In this document: piece after piece, positions 13,560 through 25,720 of the stretch | Layout: the number at the start of each line of letters is the position of its first letter | Numbering within the stretch: the first letter of the stretch is position 1 | NCBI GenBank assembly: GCA_013239625.1 | Contig: MU053487.1 | Span: 372,001 to 436,000 of the forward strand | Origin: Lama guanicoe | Lineage: Eukaryota | Direction of reading: 5' to 3' | DNA length: 64,000 bases | The notes under the pieces: generated by a model | Seen by the model: only the letters and a program-made list of their open reading frames with translations | What the model was told of the DNA's origin: nothing | Database searches by the model: none | Program-made: the position numbers and the translations under genes

Positions 13560-14150
13560 ACTGGTTTAGAGAACTAAACCCAAAGAGAGAGTGAAACCTT
13601 CATGAAGGAACTTTGGATTTCAAAATTGCAATAAATCAGTGACTACTATGAACTTCTTGTTCCTCCTCTTTTTGAATGGGAGTGTCTATTAGGGTTTTCC
13701 TGTCCTGGTACCACCATCATATATTGAGTATATGGGGCACAAATATATGTCTTTTCAGTTCAGAGGCCTCTGGATGGAGAGGAGCCACACCAGAGCAGAG
13801 CACCCTCATGTGCATCTGGACCTGATGCAGATCATAAGATCACGGACTTTGAGCCTGATGCTGTAATTAGGATAAGACTTTGGGGAAATGTCCATGAGGG
13901 CATTTTGTATGTGGAAGACATGTGAATTATTGTGGTCTGAGTGCAGACTGCAGTAGACTGTTCACAAGGATAGCTATACAATTGCTCTCCTTCTTGACAA
14001 CTGCTCCTTTTAGAATGTGACTTTGCAGCTCTTCTGATTAGAGACTGGAGTTCCTCACAAACAGGTGGAGAAGAGTAACCGAGAATTCTCCAGTTGAGAC
14101 AAGAGCTAGGAGAGGCTCCTGACAGATGACTCACCAGTGTCCAGTAGAAA
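13560..14150 (+). mobile_element. MaLR (MLT1) internal 3' end plus start of LTR
   Basis: ggactttgagcctgatgctgtaattaggataagactttgggga...attttgtatgtgg...gtgaattattgtggtctgagtgcagac|tgcagtagactg resembles an MLT1 internal/LTR junction. Confidence 0.6.
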
Positions 14151-14247
14151 TAAATCTTGGAGGAAAGCTTCTAGAATTCCCAATTTGGACGCAAAGGACT
14201 TCCACCAATTAAATTCAATCAATGAGCTCAAAATCAAAGTTCGAATA

Positions 14248-14448
14248 TGACTGACCTTTGAACAAAACAGGTTTAAACTGACGGGTCCACTTCAGATGGA
14301 TATTTTTCAATAAATACTGCAGTACTATACAATCCACAAATGTGGAATCGCAGACAGGGAGGGCTGACTATATGAGTTGAGCATCTGAGAATTCTGGTAT
14401 CTGTGGAGGGTCCCGGAACCAATTCTCAGGGATGCTGAGGGACAACCG
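14248..14448 (+). mobile_element. MER8/Tigger2-like DNA transposon relic
   Basis: ctgacctttgaacaaaacaggtttaaactgacgggtccactt ... ggaaccaattctcagggatgctgagggacaaccg. Confidence 0.7.
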
Positions 14449-14696
14449 TACACAAGAAGGCACACCACTATGAAATAAGTCATAGGGAACAAATAATGGA
14501 TTTTAGAACTGTAGATATTAGAACTGTCCAGTTATAGACTACAGAATAGATATGAATATAATGTTTAAAGAAATAATGTGGAGAAAATCATAAAGATGCC
14601 AATCAAAAAAAGGCATTAGGAATGAACAGATAAATTTGGGGTGAAAATACATTAACCTGAATAATACAACTGCTAAATTTTTTAAAAAGGGAGAAG

Positions 14697-14829
14697 TGAG
14701 GGTATAGCTCAGTGGTAGAGTGTGTGCTTGGTATGTACAAGGTCCTGGGTTCAATCCCTAGTACCTCCATTTAAACAAACAAACAAACAAACCTAATTTC
14801 CACTCACTCCCCAAAATTGAAAAACAAAC
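14697..14829 (+). mobile_element. tRNA(Ala)-derived SINE (Vic-1-like)
   Basis: A-box tagctcagtggtagag, B-box gggttcaatccc, tail aaacctaatttcc...; similar to four other copies in the window. Confidence 0.85.
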
Positions 14830-15397
14830 TCTCGACTGAAAGATTAAACAGAAGAAATACTTAGAGAACTGGACAACACACCTGAGTAAATTACTCAGAA
14901 TGTGGCAAAGAGAAATAGGGAAATGGAAAGATATAAAGAGATATGAAGGACAGCATGAGAAGGTCTAGCAGATATCTAACTGCAGTGCCCAAAAGATAGA
15001 AAAAATGGAAATATTTATAAAGGAATAATGGCTGTGAGCTTTCTGGAGTCATGAAAACCAGCAATCCACAGACTCAGGATGCACAACGTAAGCCAAGCAG
15101 GACAAATATCCACACCTAGAACTCTGGGGTGTAACTGCATAACACCAAAAACAGTTAGTCATCAGAGAAAGCAGAGAGCACCCAGAAAGGAACAACAGAC
15201 TTCTCAGAAGCAACTGTGGGAGCCAGAGAGTATATTCTTATCTTTCAAGTTTTGAGAGAAGAAAAACATTTTCAATTTAAAATTGCATACTTAACAAAAC
15301 TAATTTTTATGAATACAAGTAGGAAAAAAACCCTTAATGTACTGAAAATTAAGAAAACAAAACTGCCATTATTTAAAGATGGTATGATTGTCTAAAT

Positions 15398-15582
15398 CAG
15401 AGGTTGGCAAACTTTTTCTGAAAAGGGCTAGATAACAAATATTTTAGACCTCATGGTCTGTGTTGCAACTATTGAACTCATCACAAATAAGTAAGAGTGG
15501 CTGCATTCCAATAAATCTATATTTATAAAACCAGATAGCAGGGACATATTTGGCCTGCTGGCTGAGGTTTGTCAATCCCCTG
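15398..15582 (+). mobile_element. MER58A-like hAT-Charlie element
   Basis: TIRs cagaggttggcaaac ... gtttgtcaatcccctg; degenerate 8-bp TSD gtctaaat/gtatagat. Confidence 0.75.
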
Positions 15583-15735
15583 GTATAGATAGAGAACCCA
15601 AGATATAGTAAAATCATTAAATAAGTAAACTTTACCAAGGAACTAGATGTAAAATCAAAACATAAAAATTAATTTCACTTCTATGTATCAGCAACAAAGT
15701 TAGAAATCTTAAATTAAAAAAAATCCTATGCTAAG

Positions 15736-16170
15736 GAAACTTGAGAGCATTATGCTAAGTGAAACAAATCAGACAAAGACAAATACAATATGATTTCACT
15801 TATACGTGAAATCTAAAAAACAAAACAAAAAATAAGCACATAAATACAGAGAACAGATTGGTGTTTGCTACAGGGAAGTGGTGAGTGAAATGGGTAAATG
15901 AAGTCAAAAGATACAAACTTCCAGTCATAAAGTAAAAAGTCTTGGGGGTATAATATACAGCATGGTGACTACAGTTAATAATACTGTATTGTACATTCTA
16001 AAGCTGCTTAGAGAGTCAATCTCCAAAGTTCTCATCACAAGAAAAAAAATCTGTAACTGTATGTGGGGATGGATATTAACTAGACTTATTGTGATGGTCA
16101 TTCTGTGATATATACAAATACCTATATAATGTTGTATGTCAACTATATACCTCAATTAAAAAAAAAGAAA
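15736..16170 (+). mobile_element. Old L1 (L1MA-type) 3' end
   Basis: attatgctaagtgaaacaaatcagacaaagacaaatac...tacagcatggtgactacagttaataatactgtattgtac...A-rich tail. Confidence 0.75.
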
Positions 16171-17896
16171 ATGTATTGACTCTACAGATGAATTTGGGGG
16201 AGAACTTACATCTCTATCATACTGTTTTCCTATCCAGGAATATAGTATGTCCATTTATTTAATGCTTTTAAAATTTCTTTCAATAAAGTTTTACAATTAA
16301 AAAAATACTATGTTGAACAGTAACAAGTATTTTGAGGTATCTAGAAATAAACCAAACCAAATAAAAAAGTGAAAAGCTTTGAGGGGAAAAAAGAATAAAC
16401 TTCAATGAGACATTAAAGAACACTAACTTACAGTAGACATTCTGATTCCCATGGGAAAACGGTAGTCATCCAAATTCAAATGTTCTACTAAATACTCCAA
16501 AAATCAGAGATCAAAAAGAAAGCAAATAAAATTGCCCATAGCACATATTTGTGATACGAACAAGAGACAAGTAACACTTCAGATTTCAATATATAGGTTA
16601 ATGGGGAAATACAAACATCCAAGACCAGCAATGCCAATTACAGTGTCCTCACTGGAGAGAAAAACCAGAGAAATTCATTTGGAAGCAGAGGATCCTGGTA
16701 GTGGAGAAGCACAGACATCAAGTAAGATTCTCCCCAGACCAGAGGTGGGGTAGCACTTAGAATGGGGACGTATCCCTTCAAAGCTTGGTGGATAAAGGAA
16801 AGGAAGCGAGAGAAGATAAGAGTTCTGTTGAAACAAGACAGTATCATAGAATCAGAAGTTGAAAGCCCCCTAACATTTAGAAAAGAAGCTACACTTCACT
16901 ATACCAACAGAAGAGGGCATTCTTGAACTAAGAAACAGTAAGAACTTTTTTCTGGCCCTACAGAACCACTTTTTATTAAAAAATATTCTTAGGACATTTG
17001 AGAAAATTTGAATATAGAATGGAAGTGCTTTAAACAAGGTATATAGTTTAAAAGAATAAATTTATAGGAAATAAAAGGGCTTAAAGGACCAAGTCAAATA
17101 ACACCACAAAGAAATGACAAATCCAGAACACTGGACAATCTTAAGACAACTGACCTTTAAAAAAAAGTCAATGTCATGGCATAAAAATTGATAAGGGGAT
17201 TGTTTTATATCTAATACTATGGAATTCTCTTGCAGATGATAATGGTATTACGGTTATAATGGGGAACATTATTAAGTCTTGGGATATGCAGATTAAGTAT
17301 TTATGGCTGAAATGTCCGGGTGTCTACCATTTACTTTCCAACTGTTGAGATTTGAAGAAAAAAAAAAAAAAGAGTATGTGTGGGAATATATCTATATGGA
17401 GATAGTTAAAACAAATAAGGCAAAATGCCAGCTGTTAAATCCAGGCGATGAATGTTCACTGTATGCCAACTTTGCTTTATGTGCAAAATTATTCATAATA
17501 AAAAGTTTGGGAAACCACTCACTAAAAAGCTAGAATAAATATAGATAAACAGATTAGGAAGAAAGAAACTACAGAAACTAACCAATATACATACAATAAG
17601 TAGAATCTCAATTCAAAGAAATAAAGAATATTTTATCTAATTGCATTGACATTAACTGGCCATGCATAAAGAAGAAAAGAAATTAAAATGGACACACTGT
17701 CACCTTATATAAAAATAAATTCCAGATATAATGAACAAACTAAATGTGAAATAATTTGTTTTAGAATAAATTAGACTATTTGTATAAACTCTTAGGACTG
17801 AACATCAGTCCTTGTTCAAGACAGGAAATTTGGAAGTAACAACAACAAAAAAAGAGATATTTTACCTACCACAACAAAAAAATTTTAACTTTAAGT

Positions 17897-18015
17897 TGGG
17901 GGTGAGTAATTAGGTCTATTTATTTATTTTTAGAGGAGATACTGGGGATCGAACCCAGGACCTCATGCATGCTAAGCATGTGCTCTACCATCTGAGCTAT
18001 ACCCTTCCCACTCCC
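17897..18015 (-). mobile_element. tRNA(Ala)-derived SINE (Vic-1-like)
   Basis: Reverse copy: taattaggt...actggggatcgaacccaggacctc...ctctaccatctgagctataccc. Confidence 0.85.
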
Positions 18016-20959
18016 AAAATTTAAAATTTTGATGTAACAATGTCACTGGCAAAGAAAAGACTGAGGAAATATTTGTAACTTCTAAAAAAGAATAAAAGGC
18101 CTAATATTTTTAAAATTTTAATAAATTGATGAGAGGGCAAAACAACCCAATTAAAAAATGGGCAAATAGTAACAAACTGTAATTCACAGAAGAGGATACG
18201 TTAATTATTATTAATGAATTTAAATATTCTGAATCTCACTAGAATATTAACTTCAGGAGGACAAGGTCTTTGTTTTTGTTCACTGATATTTTGTTCCCAG
18301 AGACTATAAAAGTAGCAGCATGCTAAAAGTTTTCAGAAAATATTTGCTAGCTGCTAGCCAGTTGGACAGGTAAATACAAATTGAAAGAAGTACCATTTTT
18401 CACTCATCAAAATGAATGTCAGTGTCATGCAAGTTGTTCACAACTTTAATCCATTACAAAGAATGCAGATGTTTATGTACTTACATATTTAGACCCATCA
18501 AAATGAAAATAACTAAGAAGGCTGTTATAGTCATGGTACATCAATAATGTGGAACACTATAGCTACTAACAGAATGTGACAGCTCTCATTCTTGATGTTG
18601 AAGGACTGAAGGATGTTTTGTGGAAAAAAAGCAAGTTGCAAAGTGTTTTTTGTAGTATGTTTAATGTGGGCAGAAACAAAATCTAGTCTGAATACCCACA
18701 CAAATGAACATGAAGTAAGATGTGAAAGGATACATATATATAACACCAGTTACCTCAGGGCAATGGGATTAGAGAAGTAAGATATTATGAGAGATTCTTT
18801 TTTTCAAACATCTCTCTTGTTCGACTTTTAACAGTGAGCATGCCTTTTTTTACTTTAAAAAATCAAATTCTGCAATTCAATTCATTAGTAAGAAACAGAT
18901 ACACTGGTTCTTTAAAAAAAAAAGTCAAGTTAATGAAAATTAAATTTACAACATGTCCATCATAGAAATAATGCTTCTTACCAATTCAGTAACATAATGT
19001 ATGTAATAAATGTAAGCCTATAACTGTAAATTATTAAAAAATTCTATTTTATATAAATTAAGTATAACGAGTCTAACTAATGGAAAATACCTCACATATG
19101 AGGTCTGTATTAATGATTTTTCACTCTTTTCTGAGGCAAATTTTCAAATCTATTTGCTTACCTATATGAGACTATTAATTTTATAACACCTAAAATCTCA
19201 AAAAGTATAGGCAAATGATGTATGGAAAGACCAAAATGCTAACAACCACTTACACTGGCTGGTGGAATAATGAGCATGGGCAGATACTGTAATTTCCTTT
19301 TCAAGATTCAAATCTTGAACATTGCACTTGGCTTCCTCGGTGCCTAACACAAAGGCTTGCACTTAGTAGGCTCTACATACAGCTGTAGACGAAGACAATA
19401 AATTATATGTGGAGAAACTGGGTCTTCGACATGCCTATTAATTTCAATCAAAATAGTCTGGTTGTTTATATTATTTCTCCCTTTTCCTAAACATTGTGAA
19501 TGCTTCAAAAAATAAACCATGCACAATGAAATTTCTTTGACTTAAAATTTTTACACAAGAGGTAAAACAAAACTACCACAAAACACAAATATTAGTAGAC
19601 ATAGTAGATAATTAGGCAACTTACTGACATATTTATAACTTTTCTGTTAATTATTCAAATCATATTTACCTAAAAACCACAGTTAAGAGAGAGAGCACCA
19701 AGACATCTTATGATAAATGATAGGGGACTCACAGTAATTTAAGACAGGATGGTGACTGGCCAATCCCTGAATTCCAAATGTCAATAACAGTGTTTTGCGA
19801 TATGGGATAAATACATATCATATGCAGCATTAGTTAGGAGATGACCCAAAGATGATCCAAAATGCCCCTGACAGTAGGCCAAGCACTGGGTTCTCATTTC
19901 ACCTCTGCTAGTAACTAACCACCTGATCTCAGAAACATCACTTAACTTTCTGAGGCTTAGTCTCTTCATCTGAACTGGGGTCAGATCATCTTTAAGATCC
20001 CTTCAGGGCTACAATCTTCTGTGTTTAGTATTGTTCCCTGTCATTAGAGGGAAGAAAAGAGGAAGAAAAAAACCAAAACAAAACACATAAACAGAAAAGT
20101 TATTTGGGTTTATGTAAGTTCAAAAATAAGAAATTGAGGTTTAAGAAGTAAAAATTTGGATTTCAAGATTAAACAACGAATTCTGTGAGATTTGTTGTAT
20201 TAAATACAGACCAATTTTCACGATCTTTATTTGAAAGAAAAAACAACTGTTGTTTGCATGACAGGAAAAAAATGGGAATGGTTGACATAATTTGTGGAAA
20301 ATAAGTATTTGGAAATTCTTAATAAAACCTCAGGGCAGATATAAATAAAATAAAACTAATATAAAATGTCCTAAAGATGTTAGTAAGTACTACTGAATTT
20401 GAAAAGGCAGTAATTACCCAATTATAAGAATTGAAAGTTAAAACCATTTCAAAGTAGTCTTTGGCATTAGATGGAACAACAGAGAGAAAATACTCTGTCC
20501 ACTTGAATGAATGGCCAAGTGGGAGAGAACAACAGAACTCTGAGAATTGATGGTTTGGTTAATGATGTGTCTCAGTGATTACACACACGCCGCAGTGACA
20601 AATCACCACCATCAAAATCTGGTACAAATCATAAACAAAAACAATTATATCATCACCTAATTCAATTTTTATTTTTAAAAAGAATAGTAGCCAAAATAAT
20701 TGGCACAGCAATAGGGACATTATAACTCAGAAAATAAACTTTAAAAAGGCAATTTCAAAAAAGAAAATACTAAAAAGCATGTTTATTTATACTGAAAAAA
20801 TTACCAGGACAGTTACTTTCAAATATTCTATTTTGCTGGGAATCTTATAAATTGAGGTTTAAAATGACTGATTCATGGATGCTGAGAGTAGTGAACATTC
20901 CTGTAGATTATAATCTCAGAGCTTTAGGAGCTAGAAGAATCCTTATTTACCCAGTGAGA

Positions 20960-21130
20960 TTAGTGTGGGTAGCAGTACAGCAAAGTGATTTTTGTGCCCT
21001 GTCCACTATTAGATGCATGACCCTGTGCAGGTTGCTTAAATTCTCTGAACTTTAGTTTGCTCATCAGTAAAACTGTAATAATAAAGTACCCAACTCAGGG
21101 GTTTAAATGAGAAAACATATGCAAGAACAC
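20960..21130 (+). mobile_element. MIR SINE
   Basis: MIR core catgaccctgtgcaggttgcttaaattctctgaactttagtttgctcatcagtaaaac; similar MIR cores near 19880-20020, 40000-40180, 58270-58450 and 58770-59000. Confidence 0.65.
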
Positions 21131-21245
21131 TCCCCATATTTAAAAAAAGATTATTATTCAAATACTGTGGAGATATAAGTATTTTAAATAATCTGATATA
21201 TTCAGCAATTGTATTTCAAGCCATTAAGTCAAAAGAAAGGAAAAC

Positions 21246-21415
21246 GGAGGGGATGGTATACCTCAGTGGTAGAGTGCATGCTTAGCATGCAAGAGGTCCT
21301 GGGTTCAATTCCCAGTACCTCCAGTTAAATAAATAAATAAAAATAAATAAGTAAGTAAATAAATAAACCTAATTCCCGAAAAAATGCCTAAAAACAAACA
21401 AAAAGAACAACAAAA
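21246..21415 (+). mobile_element. tRNA(Ala)-derived SINE (Vic-1-like)
   Basis: ggtatacctcagtggtagagtgcatgcttagcatgcaagaggtcctgggttcaattcccagtacc, (TAAA)n, aaacctaatt; TSD-like aaaggaaaac on both sides. Confidence 0.85.
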
Positions 21416-24400
21416 AAGGAAAAACATGTTTATCTAAATACCTATTATGAAGTCACAAATATTATTCAGAAAATGGACTATTTAAGGGAATTCAACTTAT
21501 TCTAATTAGCAAAGCACAAAGGTAACAATTTTGACACACACATAATACAGATTTTTATGATATATATTGGTATGCAGCAACTCATAATCTTTCTAAAAAA
21601 ATTCTCCTTCGTTTAAAGGCTACACAATTACAATATAAGTAAAATAGGTTGGCACACTGAGCCAAAGAGCAAAGCAAAACTAACACATACTAAAGATTAA
21701 ACACAGGTCCTAATGGCTTTAATTAACTGGATAGGACACTTTGCTAAAAATAGCATGTGTCTCTTTAATCTTCACATATATCTCTGGGAGAAGTAAATTA
21801 AACTCCAAAACTTCAAAGGTAGATTCAATCAGGATTCCAAAGAAGCTCACTTTATTTTTATTTTGGTGATCTTATCTGAAAAGAAACTTAAACTCAGTGT
21901 ACTGTGATTGGCTTATACCACTATTATATACCTCCGTCTACTGTGTTCTTTTAATTAGGAACTAATCATACCTATCTTTTTATAGTAGTAAATAAAATGC
22001 CTGGAATGAATCACCATTATTCTATACAAACCTATGAGAAAGGAAATGTATAGTCTAGAAAACAGAATACTTATAAAGAGAGATAAGACAACCCTCAAGT
22101 ATTTGAAAGTATAGTGTTAACAAATAACTCATCTTCCCTGCTTAAATTACAAGGCGGTAGATTTTAATGCAATATAAAAAAAGAATTAATTTATCTAGAA
22201 TTGAAATGGCCTATGTATAACTTTTCTGGAGCATACTATGCCAAATTGAAAGAACACAAGAAATCTCTGCACCTTTTGATTGAGTAAACTTTAAAAATTT
22301 ATTCCAGGAAAATGATTAGAGTTGTGCTAAAAGATACACAGAAAAGAAAGATGACGCAGTTTAAGACAGCAGAAATCACTGAGAACAGCCTAGATAGTAT
22401 TTAGCCGTAAACAGTTTTCAATGAATAATTTAAGACAATGAGAAAATAAATCAAAGTAAAATATTAGTAAGAAAAAAGGTATACAAAACTATACAATGGT
22501 GCCTGTTCTGTCCTCTTCCTAAGAAAATATTTGTATGTGTAAAAATAACACATTTATTAACTGGAAAAGTAACTGGAACAAAGTACATCATAATTTATCA
22601 GTTGATTATGTCTGTATGTAGTGGTATGTCTGTGGTACATCAGTTGATTATGTCGACAGGTGGGTTTTGCTTCAAATTTTAATCTATGAGCACATATTGA
22701 ATCAGATGTGGAATAATCATCTATCAGGAATATTTTGAAAGAGATTACTATACTTAAATAGTAAGTTGAAGTGTATGACTCCCAATGTCAACTTCTAACT
22801 CAAAGATACTACAACTCTGAGAAAACTTTCTACAACCAATTTAAAAATCAGTAAGCCTCTGCCAAGAACAAAAAATCTAATGTTAATTTTCAAAAAAGGA
22901 CTGACAGCCAAGAATAGCATTAATTTCTGAAGCACTATCAATACCCTCTGGCCAGTAGCTTTTTTCTTAGACAGAAAAATGGGCAGGGCACCTTAATGAG
23001 CTGGGGCAAACAAAAGAAACAAACAATCAAAAAATTGCAGAATGAATATGCAATTGCCAAAGAAGAAGGAAGAGGAGGATGAAAAAAGAATGATGGTTTC
23101 TCCCTTATTTTTATCAAAAGGGTTGCTGCCAAGATGGATGATAGAATCTGTAGGAGTGATTAATGACCATAATCATGAAAGCTACCTTACAGTCTCACGT
23201 CTGGTAGGACTACAAATCAGAGGAGGCATTAAGAAAGTCTTTAAAAACAAATTTGATTTTTTTCAATTTGACTAACATCAGAATTAAGTGACCATTGGTA
23301 GGGAAACTACAATCTCAGTTTTCATCAAGAAAAGAAGGTAAACCGTGAAAATCGGAGCTAATTCTAAACCACTGGCTCAAATTCACAAAAATGTTAAATA
23401 TTATCACCATGCATTTCAAATACTAATCCATTTTTAAGTCAAATAAATTTCATGAAATACTTACAATATAGATTAGAAACCTATAACTCAAAATAAAAGA
23501 AAAAATATTCCTCTTGTAGTAAGTGAAGGCAGCCATTTGTTACAAAAACCAAAGAATGACATTTACTTTTTACCAGAGATAAGTAAGAAGGCATAACAGG
23601 CATCATGTAATAGGATATAATAACTAACATTTAGATAAGAATGCATTCCCATAACTGCAAAACAAAATTATTAAAATACTAAAGTGTAAGTTACTCAAAA
23701 TATCCAGAGACATCAGTAAGACATTTCTATTATCAGTATTTTACTTACCTATTTATTTATATGCATGAAAATATATGTATATATTTATATACACATATAT
23801 AGTGGGTGTATACTTATACCATACTATCTTTCTTGCTAGTTATATGACATACTAAAGATATTTAAAATGAAATATTTGTAATAGTTTTCCTATATTTAGA
23901 ATAGTATCATATGAGCTACAAATATTGCTTAGTTGTATAGAAAGATCACGAGAACACAACCTACAGAACCTGGTCAAAATACACAGGTTATTTCTCTTTA
24001 CTTTTTGTTTTTAATAAAAGAACTATAGATAAAAAGAGAAAAAACAAAAATACTGAAGACCATGATTTTCCCACTAGCTAATAAATAAGGAAAATTCTGT
24101 TTTCCCAAATTATAACTAATACACAAATTTATCAACAACAACAAAAAAAGGAAACGAGAAAAAGAAACTACTATCTTTTTAGCATTAAATATTTACCCTT
24201 TTTTCTTGTAAGATTCATTCTACCAGAAAGACCTGGCAAAACTAGCACCTGAAAAGTACTCATGGCTTTCTAATTAGTATATGAAAAAAATACCCATAAA
24301 AACATTTTAAGATAAACAATATGCTAGATATAGTTTTAACATGATCAAAGAATGTACTATGTGCTATATAATTGCATAAAACCTGCTTTTTCCTATTTAC

Positions 24401-24910
24401 AATTATCTGATTCAGAAACCATTTTTGAGGCAATTTTACTTGACCACCACCCATTTCCTATTGTGACAAATTATTCAATACCCAGTATCTTCAATAATTT
24501 TTTCAGCATTAGAGTATTTAAGACTCACGCCATAGATAAATGTATAAGAACAATACATAAATCAATATTTAACCTGAATATTAACAGCCAAATTCTGAAA
24601 CATCCACTCTCTCCTTAAAAAAAAAAACAAAAACAAAAATCCCCCTTAATTATCTCTTTTAAATGGCATCTGAAAAATAAATACTCTTAAGAAAACACAA
24701 ATTCACATATGTTCTGACAGGAAACATCAATATACAGTATTTTAAACATTTCGAGAAGGCAGCACAGCCTTCTGCGTGCTGCAACAGACTCTTCAGATCT
24801 GCAATCCTGCTGCAGTCATGAATAAACATAATCCTCTGAAGTTCTAAGTATGTGTGGTCATATCAAGGGCATGAAGCATGCACATCAGATTTGAAATGGA
24901 TTTACATTAC

Positions 24911-25057
24911 CTCCAACCTTAGGGCCACCTGCTGAACCAGGCTTCCTTGCACTGTTGACAGGATTTCCGGATGTTTTAGGTGCAGGAACCTTGAAGGCTG
25001 AAGCAGCTGATGACGGCCTATTTCCATCCACTGATTCTTCATCATCAAAGCTTTTAT
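24911..25057 (-). CDS. CLASP2: CLASP2 exon 8, first common exon (147 nt, phase 1/1): (D/Y)KSFDDEESVDGNRPSSAASAFKVPAPKTSGNPVNSARKPGSAGGPKVG
   Basis: ttatacag|ATAAAAGC...GTTGGAG|gtaatg; contained in ORF-track entry 24885..25109. Confidence 0.97.
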
Positions 25058-25450
25058 CTGTATAAAGCATTAGAAAAATGTATTTTAAGAGAACTAAGCT
25101 TTGCTTCATGTTCCATAAGACTCAAAAATCAAATAAAGCTATATATAAAGTCATTACTTTCTAAGATATATAATATCAAATAAAGCTGCTTTGAATAAGC
25201 ATTTACATATTGGTTAACACTGTATAAAATAACCCACTGCAATTTAAAATCATATTGCAATATTATCATATTTCCTACCTATATATATATATATAAGTCA
25301 AACATAAAACCAAATACATTGACTCTAAGAATAGTAAAAAGCAATTTTCATTTCTTTGCTACTCATACAAGCATTTTCTGCCAGCTCCTCCCATAGTGCA
25401 TCTTCCAGCACACCCTGCCTTATTCCTTATACCCAGATTCTGCAACTTAC

Positions 25451-25484
25451 AATCACAGATCCGTTTGCAAATCAGTCGCCTCAT
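25451..25484 (-). CDS. CLASP2: Alternative first coding exon (CLASP2-beta type): MRRLICKRICD + T
   Basis: ATGAGGCGACTGATTTGCAAACGGATCTGTGATT|gtaagt; a 393-nt intron to exon 8 gives MRRLICKRICDYKSFDDEE, the known cysteine-containing beta N-terminus. Confidence 0.93.
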
Positions 25485-25720
25485 TCCTCTGAAAGCTCTT
25501 AATTTCCCTCACCCTAGGATGCTCTGAATAGATCACATGGCCAAATACAATAGATTTGATACTAATCAAAGATTCTATCAAAAATAGACAGAAACAACCA
25601 CAGAACCACCACTGAGGTTTGTGCCGGCATTTTTCTTTCTCCTCCCTGCCCTAGGTGCTGTAACAGCCAATCAGCTACAAGGTGACATCATCTTATGGCA
25701 GCTACTGCCAGATGAAAGGT
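25485..25720 (-). promoter_or_regulatory. Probable 5' UTR and proximal promoter of CLASP2-beta
   Basis: NF-Y-type AGCCAATCAG at 25665-25674 and CRE-like TGACATCA at 25683-25690, about 190 nt upstream of the beta ATG. Confidence 0.55.
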
